Below, one piece after another: positions 29,152 through 38,431 of a stretch of DNA of 64,000 nucleotides. The DNA is from Fimbriimonadaceae bacterium (GTDB taxonomy: Bacteria > Armatimonadota > Fimbriimonadia > Fimbriimonadales > Fimbriimonadaceae), in contig JAHBTC010000001.1 in the NCBI GenBank assembly GCA_019638835.1, positions 6,260 to 70,259 of the forward strand. The letters run 5' to 3'. Every line of letters begins with the position of its first letter. Within the stretch, counting starts at the first letter, position 1. A program made the position numbers and the translations under genes. Under the pieces are notes generated by a model, which worked only from the letters and a program-made list of their open reading frames with translations, did not search any database and had not been told where the DNA came from.

Positions 29152-29652
29152 CTACTCCGTTCTTGGAGGAAACTCATCGGTGACAACGCCATTCGTATCA
29201 ATAAATCGTAGGCTGCCCGTCCCCTTGTGATAGAGCACGGTCGCGCCCTTTGAATCTTCTCCGTGAAGCGCGACTCCTCCTCCTCCGTGAGCAAACTGGG
29301 CGACGCCGATCCTTGTGGTGCCTTTCGCATCGTTGAGGAACAATCCGGTTGTGTCGGCATCGGTCCAGAGACGCACTCGCTCTTGCCCATCTAAATCCAT
29401 GAGCTTGATCTCAGGCGCACCCTCAACCAGCCCGATTTCGGCTCGGACTCTCCCGCCTTCGTCGACCAACTGAAAAGCTGATCCCTGCACAACACCGGGA
29501 ACTCGAACGAAACCTAGGACAAAGAACAGTACGGATACGATAAGGACGGTTGCAAGCAATCGGTTTTGCAGTTCTAGTTGTTTGAGGCGTGACTCAATAG
29601 TCGCAGTTTCACCAGCCATGATAGCGGTGAAACTACCCTCAATGACCGGCAT
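29152..29652 (-). CDS. hypothetical membrane-anchored protein
   Basis: 166 aa. One TM segment (LLATVLIVSVLFFVLGFV) and a beta-rich ectodomain. No family recognised. Confidence 0.45.
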   Translation of the reverse strand: MPVIEGSFTAIMAGETATIESRLKQLELQNRLLATVLIVSVLFFVLGFVRVPGVVQGSAFQLVDEGGRVRAEIGLVEGAPEIKLMDLDGQERVRLWTDADTTGLFLNDAKGTTRIGVAQFAHGGGGVALHGEDSKGATVLYHKGTGSLRFIDTNGVVTDEFPPRTE

Positions 29653-29846
29653 TCAGAAGAATTCTGCCGCGAGGAATCTGGTGGAGGATAGTTCAGGCTA
29701 TTAGAACGCTCACCTGACTTCTGTCCAATTCCGCATGGCCTTGAAGGCTGCTATAAGGCACCAGGGCAGTCGTAGCTTGTCCAGTTTGCATCCATCCGCC
29801 TCTCCTCGACTCCGGCCGATAGATCGGGCGGAGACTGCGTGAATGA

Positions 29847-30677
29847 CTAGGGTACTTCCTCGGTCCACCGGGCTGTTTGAGGTAAGGCCCCAGTACGAAA
29901 ATATTCTTGTATCAGTTCCACCGCCTGATGCCGAGCAACGGTCTTATCGAGCGGGATTTCCAAGTCGATACCGCACGTGCACTCAAACGAAAGTGTTCGA
30001 TCCGTGGGTGAGGAGTCGGTCTCAATATAGAGGCCAGTATCAGCTTCGTGACGCAGGAACATCACCCATCCGCGGTCACCGCTTAGAAATACTTGCATAG
30101 AGTCTCCGTCCAGTTTTCCTATCGCTACGTGGACTTTCTTGCGTTTGAACAGACTTGCAATATTCTGTAAAAACTCATTTTTCGCTCCGAAGGGAAGGTT
30201 CAGCTCACGATGGTTAACCGTGATCAACCAGCCCTCGGAGCCATGCAAAAACTCCCATTGAGGGAGCGTCAGGCGTTGAATGAACTCGAAGTCTACATGA
30301 ACATTTCCTGGAAATCCGCCTAGGCCCGCAACGGTAGCTCGACCCAGACGTGCGTACGGTTGATCACCGCTCACGCGAACAAATACTTGATGACCAGATT
30401 CTCTTGAGGGCACATCGTAGCCTCCCGCCCTTACTTCATTGGGAAACCAACTTTCCGATTCATGTGGTTCAGCGTCGGGGTCAGGGACGAGCCAAGTTAT
30501 ACGCGCGGGACTACGCACCTCGATTTCGTTCAGATCGAAGAAGCACAGAACTTGGGCGGGCCCAACAATGAATCGCCCTTCTCCGAACTGACGCCAGACA
30601 TCGCCCCCAAGAAGGTGAATCGCTTGGGACTTGTCAACAAAATCCAAGCTCGCGAAATCGCCGCGATTCTTGGCCAT
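29847..30677 (-). CDS. hypothetical protein with Imm1-like (polymorphic-toxin immunity) C-terminal domain
   Basis: The track ORF (to 30998) runs through tRNA-Ala. The first Met downstream of the tRNA is ATG 30677 (MAKNRGDF...). The C-terminus VHVAIGKLDGDSMQVFLSGDRGWVMFLRHE...LSFECTCGIDLEIPLDKTVARHQAVELIQEYFRTGALPQTARW follows the Imm1 pattern as I remember it. Confidence 0.5.
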   Translation of the reverse strand: MAKNRGDFASLDFVDKSQAIHLLGGDVWRQFGEGRFIVGPAQVLCFFDLNEIEVRSPARITWLVPDPDAEPHESESWFPNEVRAGGYDVPSRESGHQVFVRVSGDQPYARLGRATVAGLGGFPGNVHVDFEFIQRLTLPQWEFLHGSEGWLITVNHRELNLPFGAKNEFLQNIASLFKRKKVHVAIGKLDGDSMQVFLSGDRGWVMFLRHEADTGLYIETDSSPTDRTLSFECTCGIDLEIPLDKTVARHQAVELIQEYFRTGALPQTARWTEEVP

Positions 30678-30754
30678 CCGGATGAGGAGGATACCTGTGC
30701 GATCCTGCCCCAAGGTTAAGGAGATGGCTGAGATCAAGCGAGCGTAACGAAGTT

Positions 30755-30829
30755 TGGTGGAGGCTAGGGGATTCGAACCCCTGACCCTCTGCTTGCAAAG
30801 CAGATGCTCTCCCACTGAGCTAAGCCCCC
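30755..30829 (-). tRNA. tRNA-Ala (anticodon UGC), CCA encoded
   Basis: Hand-folded from the reverse complement: GGGGGCT-TA-GCTC-AGTGGGA-GAGC-A-TCTGC-TTTGCAA-GCAGA-GGGTC-AGGGG-TTCGAAT-CCCCT-AGCCTCC-A-CCA. It carries the G3:U70 Ala identity pair. Confidence 0.9.
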
Positions 30830-30917
30830 GTTGGAACCAAATGGTACCTAGATCATCGGTATTCGACGGGTCTAGCCCGAGGCGCAGTCCCACTCCGAGA
30901 TCATTCAAACTGAGCGG

Positions 30918-31214
30918 GTGATCATTGATTGCAGTGGAGAGATCTTCTACTGGCGAGGGCCAGCACCGTTCTACTTCGTCGCGATTCCTGAGACGCATTC
31001 CCGCGAAATCAAGGCGATCTCCCAGCGCGTGACCTACGGTTGGGGCGTGATTCCGGTCACCGTCCTCATCGGTGAAACGGAATGGACTACGTCACTCTTC
31101 CCGAAGGATGGGCTTTATTTGGTGCCACTCAAGGACAAGATTCGCAAAGCCGAGAATCTCGCCGAAGACGAAACTATCAGGTTGCGGGTCGTGATTGACG
31201 AGACGCCGGGGTAG
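30918..31214 (+). CDS. DUF1905-like protein
   Basis: 98 aa. PFYFVAIPE...YGWGVIPVTVLIGETEWTTSLFPKDGLYLVPLKDKIRK matches the DUF1905 pattern from memory. Confidence 0.65.
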   Translation: MIIDCSGEIFYWRGPAPFYFVAIPETHSREIKAISQRVTYGWGVIPVTVLIGETEWTTSLFPKDGLYLVPLKDKIRKAENLAEDETIRLRVVIDETPG

Positions 31215-31226
31215 TAGCATCTCACC

Positions 31227-32144
31227 ATGAACCAGATCGAAATCGGTACTTCAGGTGTTTGCGCATCGGAGGTCAGCCTGGGATGCATGCGCATCGGCGG
31301 CCTAGAGCCATCCGCACTGGACAATCTCCTCACCACCGCCCTTGACGCGGGAATCAACTTCTATGATCACGCTGACATTTACGGCGCCGGGAAGTGCGAG
31401 GAAGTATTCGCTGAATCAACCAAGAGGTTAGGCATCCCTCGTGACCAGTTGATCTTGCAGAGCAAGTGCGGTATTCGGAAGGGTTACTACGACTTCTCCA
31501 AGCAGCACATCCTCACCTCTGTAGACGGAATCCTTGGCCGGCTTCAAACGGATTACATCGATTATCTGCTCCTCCATCGCCCCGATGCTTTGGTCGAGCC
31601 GGAGGAAGTCGCGGATGCATTTGAGCACCTATCGAGCCTCGGTAAGGTTCGGCATTTTGGGGTGAGCAACTTCACCCCTGGTCAGATTGATCTCTTGCGA
31701 TCAGCCCTAGACGTTCCGATCCACGCCAACCAACTCCAACTTAGCATTATGAACACGGGCATGATTGATCGGGGGATATCGGCAAACACTCAGTTCCCCA
31801 ACGCCATAGATCACGACGGAGGAATCTTGGATTACTGCCGACTGAATCGGATTACGATTCAGCCGTGGTCACCATTCCAATTTGGGTTTTTCGAAGGCGT
31901 CTTTGTGGATCACCCAAAGTTTCCGGAACTCAACGAAGTTTTGGGCCGCATCGCGGGTGAGTACGACGTGACGAAGACCGGGCTGGCAATCGCATGGATC
32001 CAGCGCCACCCCGCCAAGATGCAAACCGTCATCGGCACAACCAATCCACAACGGGTCCGGGAAGTTGTTGACGCTTGCCGTATCACGCTTTCTCGTGAGC
32101 ATTGGTACGAGGTGTACCGGGCCGCCGGCAACGTTATTCCTTAG
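31227..32144 (+). CDS. aldo/keto reductase
   Basis: 305 aa. Motifs LGCMRIGG, NFYDHADIYG, LLHRPD and HFGVSNF. Confidence 0.85.
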   Translation: MNQIEIGTSGVCASEVSLGCMRIGGLEPSALDNLLTTALDAGINFYDHADIYGAGKCEEVFAESTKRLGIPRDQLILQSKCGIRKGYYDFSKQHILTSVDGILGRLQTDYIDYLLLHRPDALVEPEEVADAFEHLSSLGKVRHFGVSNFTPGQIDLLRSALDVPIHANQLQLSIMNTGMIDRGISANTQFPNAIDHDGGILDYCRLNRITIQPWSPFQFGFFEGVFVDHPKFPELNEVLGRIAGEYDVTKTGLAIAWIQRHPAKMQTVIGTTNPQRVREVVDACRITLSREHWYEVYRAAGNVIP

Positions 32145-34765
32145 CCCGTGCTTTGCATTCCCGCCGCGACCCCTAACATGCATTGGAGCATGGTCGCGGA
32201 TTCGCCCTCGCCGCGCAAAAGCGACGCCTGCATCATATGCAATGGTGCCACGATCGGGTTGCGGAAGGCGATAGTTCGTCGCACTGTGGATGAAGTCGCC
32301 ATCAGTTCACGCCCCGTGATAGCTTCCACCCATTTGACGGCTAGCGCGTGCTCGTCGCAGATTGTTTGGTGGAATCGCTCGCCGACCTCTTTTGGTGAAA
32401 CCTGTCGCGCATAAAGTGCGGCGATATCTAGTTCCGCGCGGCACAACTCCAACTCGACATTCTCAAGCAAGGTCTGGAACATCGGCCACTTTTGGGCCAT
32501 CTCCTGTAACTCACCGAGGCGGTCAGCGAATGACTCGAACGCCGTACCCAGCCCGTACCACCCCGGCACTCCATAGCGCGACTGCACCCAGGAGAAGTTC
32601 CATGGAATAGCACGGAGCGAGTCAAGAGAGTTGCTCTTCTTTCCGGGTCGCATCACCGGTCGGCTTGCAATGCTGAGTTCGCTCATGAACGAGATCGGCG
32701 TCGCTTGCGAATAGAAAGTCCAAAACTCTGGATCGTGATAAACAAGGTCGCGATACTTCTTCATTGAGGTCTCAGCCAACTCCTCCATCACCTGGTGCCA
32801 CGCCGCTGGATCCGGCGGTGCGTTCTCGGTATGCGCGAGTCCTTTCATTGCCGCCGAGAGAATCTGCTCCAGGTGACGGTGGGCGATCGGTCGCAAGGTA
32901 TAGCGGAAACTGATGACCTCCCCCTGCTCCGTGAATCGTATCTGACCGTCAAACGAGCCGGGTGGTTGCGCTTGGATGGCACGGTGCGCACGTCCGCCGC
33001 CTCGCCCAACCGTGCCGCCACGCCCATGGAACAAACGAAGGGGCACTCCTCGTTCGTGGGATAAAGAACCGAGTTCGGATTGCGTTCGGTATAGCGACCA
33101 AGTGGCAGAAAGATAGCCACCATCTTTGCTGCTATCGCTGTATCCCAGCATCACTTCTTGGCCGTGGCCGAGATTCTTGAGATAGGCCGCGTACGCCGGA
33201 TTCGACCAGAGGCTCTCAAGGAGAGGCTTCGAACCTGCCAGGTCATCAATCGTCTCGAGTAGCGGGGCAACGTCGAGTTCACCATGTGGTTCACCGTTCT
33301 CATAGTGAATGAGCCCGGCATCTTTCATGAGAAGGAGAACTTCAAGAATGTCACTAACGCCATGCGTCATGCTGATGATGGAGCACCGAATACAGGCCGG
33401 ACCGTACGCCTGATGCAATTCGCGGACAACGCGGTAGACCGAGCGAACGCGTTCGGTTGCCTCCGTACCTCGCCATTCGGGCATAACGAGGGGTCGGGGA
33501 TTTAACAGTTCGGTCGTGAGGGCGGCGACCTTGGCATCTTCGTCAAGACTCGTGTATTCGCCGAGTCCGGTTGCGGCAAAGAGCTCGTTGACCGCAAACT
33601 CATGCTTGTCGCTGTGCTCGCGTATGTCTAAAGCGGCGAGGTTGAAGCCAAACACCTGTACCTGCCTCACCAAACGAGCAAGTAACCCAGCGTCCGCTGA
33701 TTTGGCGCAACCTCCGTTGCGAAGAGCCCCCTGCAATGCGCGCAAGTCCTTGAGGAAAGCGAGCGCATTCGGATACATGCTTTTGCTCAGGCGAGTGCGT
33801 AGTTCTCGAACGAATGCGATGTAAGGCTGTGCTTCGTTGGAGTCAAGCGGCTCCGAAACCGAAGTCTTGGGCGACTGCGTGAGTTCAATCTCAAGTTTCG
33901 CCAAGGATTCGTCGTAGACTCGATGGGCCAGCGCCCGGTGTTTGAGCACGGTCTCTCGGGTGAGATCGGCCGTGACGTTGGGATTTCCGTCACGATCGCC
34001 TCCCACCCAACTTCGATAGCCAAAAAAGCGTGGAAGAGGACGTTGCCCCAACGCTTGCTCAAAGTCGCGCACCAACCATGAAGCAACCCTCATGATGCTC
34101 TTCTCAAAGAAGTACAAGGCGTTCTCCACCTCTTGGTCAACTGTAATGCGGTCGAGTTTGACTTCCGGAGTTCGCCACAGCGCGGCGAGGTTCCTTTTCA
34201 GATCATTCAAATGCCAACCCTGATCATCCAAAGGTCGATCAAGGTTTGTGGGGTCATCAATCCCGAGCCGGGAGAGACTCTCTACGATCTCTTCCAATCG
34301 GTTGAGGACTTCGCGGTTACGTGCTTCCGTGGGGTGAGCCGTGAGCGTCGGGCAAACAAACAACTGATCCACCATCGCCCGGAGCTTTTTGTCGTCGAAT
34401 CCTTCATTTCGTAGCTCCTCGAAAGTAGACCGTATGGACTCACGACGGCCTTTTCTTCCCCGGTTCACTCTCACGATTTCCATTTGCTCGGCAAAGTTAA
34501 TGAGTTGAAGAAGGACCGTGTATGCGCGCGCTACGGATGTGGCAACTTCCGCATCCTTGAGAGCCGGAATCTCTTCAAATGGGTTGGCGTGAACATCCGT
34601 TTTGGCAAGTTGATAGAGTGTTCGTACGGTTGCGACGATATTCTCACCTTCCTCTTCAGCGATCAACTCTCCGACCAATTGGTTGAGAAGAAGGATGTCA
34701 TGACTGAGCTGATCGGAGAGCCCGGTGGCTTTCGGATCCAAGTCAAGCAAGCCCGGAGAGTTCAT
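32141..34765 (-). CDS. ppc: phosphoenolpyruvate carboxylase
   Basis: 874 aa. Motifs PTLTAHPTEA, MLGYSDSSKDGG and FHGRGGTVGRGGG; C-terminus ...GMQSTG. Confidence 0.95.
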   Translation of the reverse strand: MNSPGLLDLDPKATGLSDQLSHDILLLNQLVGELIAEEEGENIVATVRTLYQLAKTDVHANPFEEIPALKDAEVATSVARAYTVLLQLINFAEQMEIVRVNRGRKGRRESIRSTFEELRNEGFDDKKLRAMVDQLFVCPTLTAHPTEARNREVLNRLEEIVESLSRLGIDDPTNLDRPLDDQGWHLNDLKRNLAALWRTPEVKLDRITVDQEVENALYFFEKSIMRVASWLVRDFEQALGQRPLPRFFGYRSWVGGDRDGNPNVTADLTRETVLKHRALAHRVYDESLAKLEIELTQSPKTSVSEPLDSNEAQPYIAFVRELRTRLSKSMYPNALAFLKDLRALQGALRNGGCAKSADAGLLARLVRQVQVFGFNLAALDIREHSDKHEFAVNELFAATGLGEYTSLDEDAKVAALTTELLNPRPLVMPEWRGTEATERVRSVYRVVRELHQAYGPACIRCSIISMTHGVSDILEVLLLMKDAGLIHYENGEPHGELDVAPLLETIDDLAGSKPLLESLWSNPAYAAYLKNLGHGQEVMLGYSDSSKDGGYLSATWSLYRTQSELGSLSHERGVPLRLFHGRGGTVGRGGGRAHRAIQAQPPGSFDGQIRFTEQGEVISFRYTLRPIAHRHLEQILSAAMKGLAHTENAPPDPAAWHQVMEELAETSMKKYRDLVYHDPEFWTFYSQATPISFMSELSIASRPVMRPGKKSNSLDSLRAIPWNFSWVQSRYGVPGWYGLGTAFESFADRLGELQEMAQKWPMFQTLLENVELELCRAELDIAALYARQVSPKEVGERFHQTICDEHALAVKWVEAITGRELMATSSTVRRTIAFRNPIVAPLHMMQASLLRGEGESATMLQCMLGVAAGMQSTG

Positions 34766-34993
34766 GCAATTGTTCTACCATCCAAGCCTTTGAGCGATAC
34801 GCTGCCCGGCTCTCCCTACTTCAACTGAATCCGGCAAATGGCGAGAAAGTTCCATGATTCCTGTGAGTCGGGAGTAACATCAAGTTGTCCGTTCCGAATT
34901 TCGATCGATTGCGTTTCTTGAGCGTTGCTGCCCCTGGGCAACCACCGATCCAGTCCCCTCTCCCTCGAACCACGACGCACAAGGAACCAAAAC

Positions 34994-35362
34994 ATGGCTA
35001 CCAAGACCCTATTCGTAGGAAACTTGCCGTACTCCACGACTGAATCAGACCTCATGAAGGCGTTCGAGGCGTATGGCGGAGACAAGGCCCGCATCATCGA
35101 AGGCCGAGGATTTGGCTTCATTGATATTGATGAAGAGAAACTTGCGACCGCAATCGAAGAGATGCACGAGAAGAACCTCGGCGGTCGAAACATTGTTGTG
35201 AACGAAGCCCAACCCCGCACAGATCGCCCCCGAAATTCGGGTGGCGGCGGTAGTGGTTACGGCAACCGGGGCGGCGGTGGCGGCTACGGTAATCGCGGTG
35301 GCGGCGGTGGCTACGGCAATCGTGGCGGCGGCGGCGGACGCGATCGCGGCGAACGCTGGTAA
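34994..35362 (+). CDS. RRM-domain RNA-binding protein with RGG/Gly-rich tail
   Basis: Start at ATG 34994 (MATKTLFVGNLPY = RNP2; RGFGFIDI = RNP1). The tail has three GYGNRGGGG repeats. Confidence 0.85.
   Translation: MATKTLFVGNLPYSTTESDLMKAFEAYGGDKARIIEGRGFGFIDIDEEKLATAIEEMHEKNLGGRNIVVNEAQPRTDRPRNSGGGGSGYGNRGGGGGYGNRGGGGGYGNRGGGGGRDRGERW
35255..35335 (+). repeat. 3 x 27-bp in-frame tandem repeat encoding GYGNRGGGG
   Basis: GGTTACGGCAACCGGGGCGGCGGTGGC / GGCTACGGTAATCGCGGTGGCGGCGGT / GGCTACGGCAATCGTGGCGGCGGCGGC. The copies differ mainly at third codon positions. Confidence 0.9.
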
Positions 35363-35412
35363 AAAAGAGGGGACATCAGGGGGTGCGGCGACGTACTTAC
35401 TGATGTCCCCTG

Positions 35413-36492
35413 GTGATTCTCATGGATGAAACAGCCAACGCCATTCCGCGTTACCGTCAGGTTCTTCGCCAAGCATTGCCCGACCGGCTCTTTCGCCCGG
35501 ATAACCTTCACCTTCTGTGGGCCATCCCCCACATTCTCGTCATTGCCGCCGGCATTGCTAGCCTGACTCTCTACTTCGGCTGGTGGGCGCCTCTGGTATC
35601 GCTCGTTATCGGTCACAGTTTTGGCTGCTTAGGCTTCATGGCCCATGAAGTGGCCCACGGCACGGCGATCAAGAGCAAGTTTTTGAAAAGTCTTGTGGCA
35701 GGGGTCGCGTTTTCCCCATTTGCGATTGGCCCATATCTTTGGAGTCGATGGCATAATGCCGCGCACCACAGCCACACCCAACACGAAGAACTCGATCCCG
35801 ACCGCTTGTTCACCGTTGAGGAGTATAAGAACTCTCCCGTTCTTCGTTTTCTTTACCGGATGCATCCGGCTCTTCGGAACATCGTGATCTTTTCATCGTT
35901 TGGTTACCGGATGTCACAACACAACTTCCTGGTCGCCTCAACGTATCTCAAGAGCGACGACTACACGAAGGCCGAGAAGTTCCGGATCGTTTGGCAGTTC
36001 GTTCTGCCAAAGGTGTTGTGGATCACGGGCACGTTGCTTCTTGGGTGGAAGGTGCTGCTTTTCGGCTACCTCATCCCTCTTATGGTGGCGAACTTTATCG
36101 TGATCGCCTACATTGCAACGAATCACTTCCTGAACCCACTTGCGGACGAAAACGACGTCCTTGCGACTACGCTTTCGGTGACTCTTCCTGGATGGCTCAA
36201 GTGGCTTGACCCCGTACACCTACATTTCGGCGCGCACGTCGCGCACCATCTCTTCCCGCAAGCGCCCACCCGATTTGCGCGACGCATTGAGAAGGAGATT
36301 CGTAAACTCTGGCCCGATCGATACCACGAGATGCCGATGCACAAAGCGTTGAAGGCTCTCTGGGATACGCCATGGGTGTACGCCGAGGACGGTAAAGCCC
36401 TGATTGACCCGCAGGTAGGTCGGTCTGCCCCCACCCTCGGGAACGGATTAGACCGCTGGCTACGGTTGCGGAAGCGCATCCGAAAGTCGTAA
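35413..36492 (+). CDS. membrane fatty-acid desaturase family protein
   Basis: 359 aa. Three His boxes (HEVAHG, HNAAHHSH, HVAHHLF) and multiple TM segments. Confidence 0.8.
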   Translation: MILMDETANAIPRYRQVLRQALPDRLFRPDNLHLLWAIPHILVIAAGIASLTLYFGWWAPLVSLVIGHSFGCLGFMAHEVAHGTAIKSKFLKSLVAGVAFSPFAIGPYLWSRWHNAAHHSHTQHEELDPDRLFTVEEYKNSPVLRFLYRMHPALRNIVIFSSFGYRMSQHNFLVASTYLKSDDYTKAEKFRIVWQFVLPKVLWITGTLLLGWKVLLFGYLIPLMVANFIVIAYIATNHFLNPLADENDVLATTLSVTLPGWLKWLDPVHLHFGAHVAHHLFPQAPTRFARRIEKEIRKLWPDRYHEMPMHKALKALWDTPWVYAEDGKALIDPQVGRSAPTLGNGLDRWLRLRKRIRKS

Positions 36493-36498
36493 GGCTTG

Positions 36499-37170
36499 CT
36501 ATTCGGGCTTCAGGTTGATCCGTACGGACTTGGCTGGCTGATCAAACTGGATAATCAGTTTCATCGGGTCAGTGCCTCGCGTTGCTCCGCCACTATTACC
36601 GAACTCAATGCGGTTCTTGAACGTGCCGCCCGGTTGAATGTCGCTGAGGAAGTCCGCGAAACTGCCGGATGTATTCTCGAACCGGGTGCTTTCGGTGTCA
36701 AGCAGTTGTAGCCCAAGGACGCCGGTGTATCCCATTTGGGCCATGTTTGGGCTGACGTTCATCGCCTCAAAGTCAAGGGCGTAGCCTGAGCCGCCGTTGC
36801 CGAAGGGGTCGGTGATCTTCGCCACGTTGCTCACCCGGAAACGCCAGATGCCGTTGTTCACCCACTCACCGAGGATTGCTTCAACGTACGGTTGTTCGTT
36901 TTGGGCTTTGGGTGGGATGAATTGGATACTGAGCCTTTCTTGGCTTGTGGTGACCTCCGCGCCTGCCGCCCGAAGCGATTTGAGTGGTACGTACACCTCT
37001 CCGTCTTTTTCGATCGGCGCGAGCGTAGACTTCTGCCCGTTGACATATAGGGTCTCGGGAACGGCGACTGTTGCGGCGAGCCCGGTGACGGCGAAAATGG
37101 GAAGCAGTCGCGTGATCACGGTGGGTTGATTGTAGTTCTTTTTGCGAGGGAATTCGGCTGTTTTTTTCAA
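36499..37170 (-). CDS. secreted protein with copper-amine-oxidase-N-like stalk domain
   Basis: 223 aa with an N-terminal anchor/signal. LYVNGQKSTLAPIEKDGEVYVPLKSLRAAGAEV resembles the CuAO N-terminal repeat. The C-terminal beta domain is unassigned. Confidence 0.5.
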   Translation of the reverse strand: MKKTAEFPRKKNYNQPTVITRLLPIFAVTGLAATVAVPETLYVNGQKSTLAPIEKDGEVYVPLKSLRAAGAEVTTSQERLSIQFIPPKAQNEQPYVEAILGEWVNNGIWRFRVSNVAKITDPFGNGGSGYALDFEAMNVSPNMAQMGYTGVLGLQLLDTESTRFENTSGSFADFLSDIQPGGTFKNRIEFGNSGGATRGTDPMKLIIQFDQPAKSVRINLKPE

Positions 37171-37288
37171 CTCATTTTCGGTCGACAGATTGGTCAGGGT
37201 CTTGCATACTCAGCGAAAAAAGTAGACAAGCGTCTGGTAATATCAAAACCTCTCTTCTGCGGGGCAGATGGCTCCGCGAGGTCGGACC

Positions 37289-38431
37289 ATGCCCTACATC
37301 CTCTGGCTCGAATGGCGCAACTTCTATTGCGACGAAGATCTGCTTGACCCCCAAATCGTCGTGCGTGACGAACACGTCCTTGACGCGAACTCTGTCGCAA
37401 GGGGACGCGGCATCCAGCCCGGATTCACCCTAAGCCAAGCCCGGAGCATCCTCCCTGGCATCCTGACGAAACAGTGGGCAGAAGGCGAATACGAGCCCAA
37501 ACAACGCGCCTGGCTTAACGAATGCACTCCCTATACTGGGCGAATCGAGCCGTTGCAGGACCATATCGCCGCACTCGATCTCACCCTCCTGCCGCAGGCC
37601 GAGCAAGCCGCCGAAGACCTCATCGAACACCTTCTCCGGCGGTTCAAATCGCCCATGCGATACGGGGCAGGGCCGTCCAAGTGGGTGGCCTCCATCGCCT
37701 CGCACCACCTCGAACTATATCAAGCCTCGGCCAACCCTCAACGGTTCCTCGCGCCGCTTAGCTTAGACAACCTAGAGGTCATCCCGATCGAACATCGGGA
37801 ACGACTGAACCTGCTGGGTTACTTCCAGATTGGGCAGATTACGACCCTTCCTCCGGCGGTGCTGAAGCGGCAGTTCGGCGAGGGGGGAGACCTCATCCTC
37901 CGGGCGGCACGTGGGCAGGTGAGCGACCCAGTGCGCGCCATCTATCCCCCCGACCGGTTGATGGATGCGTTTCGATTCGAGTCTCCCGTCGCCGAGAGGG
38001 AAGCCCTTGATTTTGCTTTGAAGCACCTTGCGGAGCATCTCGCCCCCCGGCTGAACGGTCGTCAAGCCGCCCGCGCCCGCTTGGTGTTGGAAGACGAAAA
38101 CGAGGACACGCTGACTGCCAAGCGCACGTTCCCTCGCCCGATTCATGACTATGCCGGGTTGCGTTCGGCGCTACGCATTCTGTGCGAGCAGATCGTAGCG
38201 CGCATCCAAGATCCGCTAGTAGGAGTGCGGGTGATGCTGACCGAACTGGAACCCTATCGTCCGCTTCAGAGTGATCTGTTCATGCCGATGAAGCGGCTGA
38301 CCCCCGAACCCGCGATGGCGGCGCTTGAGCAAGTTTTCGGGCAGGGGGCGGTGATGACGGGTGCGGCGATGCCCGTCCCACGTCGTCGTCGTGTTTTGAA
38401 GGAGTGGAAGGATGCCACCGGATGGTCCTGA
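37289..38431 (+). CDS. imuB: ImuB-like inactive Y-family DNA polymerase
   Basis: Y-family fold directly upstream of dnaE2. The N-terminus MPYILWLEWRNFYCDED lacks the catalytic DMDAFFASVE-type carboxylates, as expected for ImuB. ATG 37289 is preferred over ATG 37268. Confidence 0.7.
   Translation: MPYILWLEWRNFYCDEDLLDPQIVVRDEHVLDANSVARGRGIQPGFTLSQARSILPGILTKQWAEGEYEPKQRAWLNECTPYTGRIEPLQDHIAALDLTLLPQAEQAAEDLIEHLLRRFKSPMRYGAGPSKWVASIASHHLELYQASANPQRFLAPLSLDNLEVIPIEHRERLNLLGYFQIGQITTLPPAVLKRQFGEGGDLILRAARGQVSDPVRAIYPPDRLMDAFRFESPVAEREALDFALKHLAEHLAPRLNGRQAARARLVLEDENEDTLTAKRTFPRPIHDYAGLRSALRILCEQIVARIQDPLVGVRVMLTELEPYRPLQSDLFMPMKRLTPEPAMAALEQVFGQGAVMTGAAMPVPRRRRVLKEWKDATGWS

Noticed and set aside
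29847-30998. 383-aa ORF in the track on the minus strand.
   Set aside because: Its first 107 codons read straight through the tRNA-Ala(UGC) gene (30755-30829) and overlap the DUF1905 gene on the other strand. I keep only the part from ATG 30677.
37224-37235. Palindrome AGAC-AAGC-GTCT upstream of imuB as a possible LexA/SOS box.
   Set aside because: Only 4-bp arms. Such a palindrome is expected by chance in a 100-nt spacer, and it does not match any LexA consensus I can recall (CTGT-N8-ACAG, GAAC-N4-GTTC, TGTTC-N4-GAACA). Left as unsupported.
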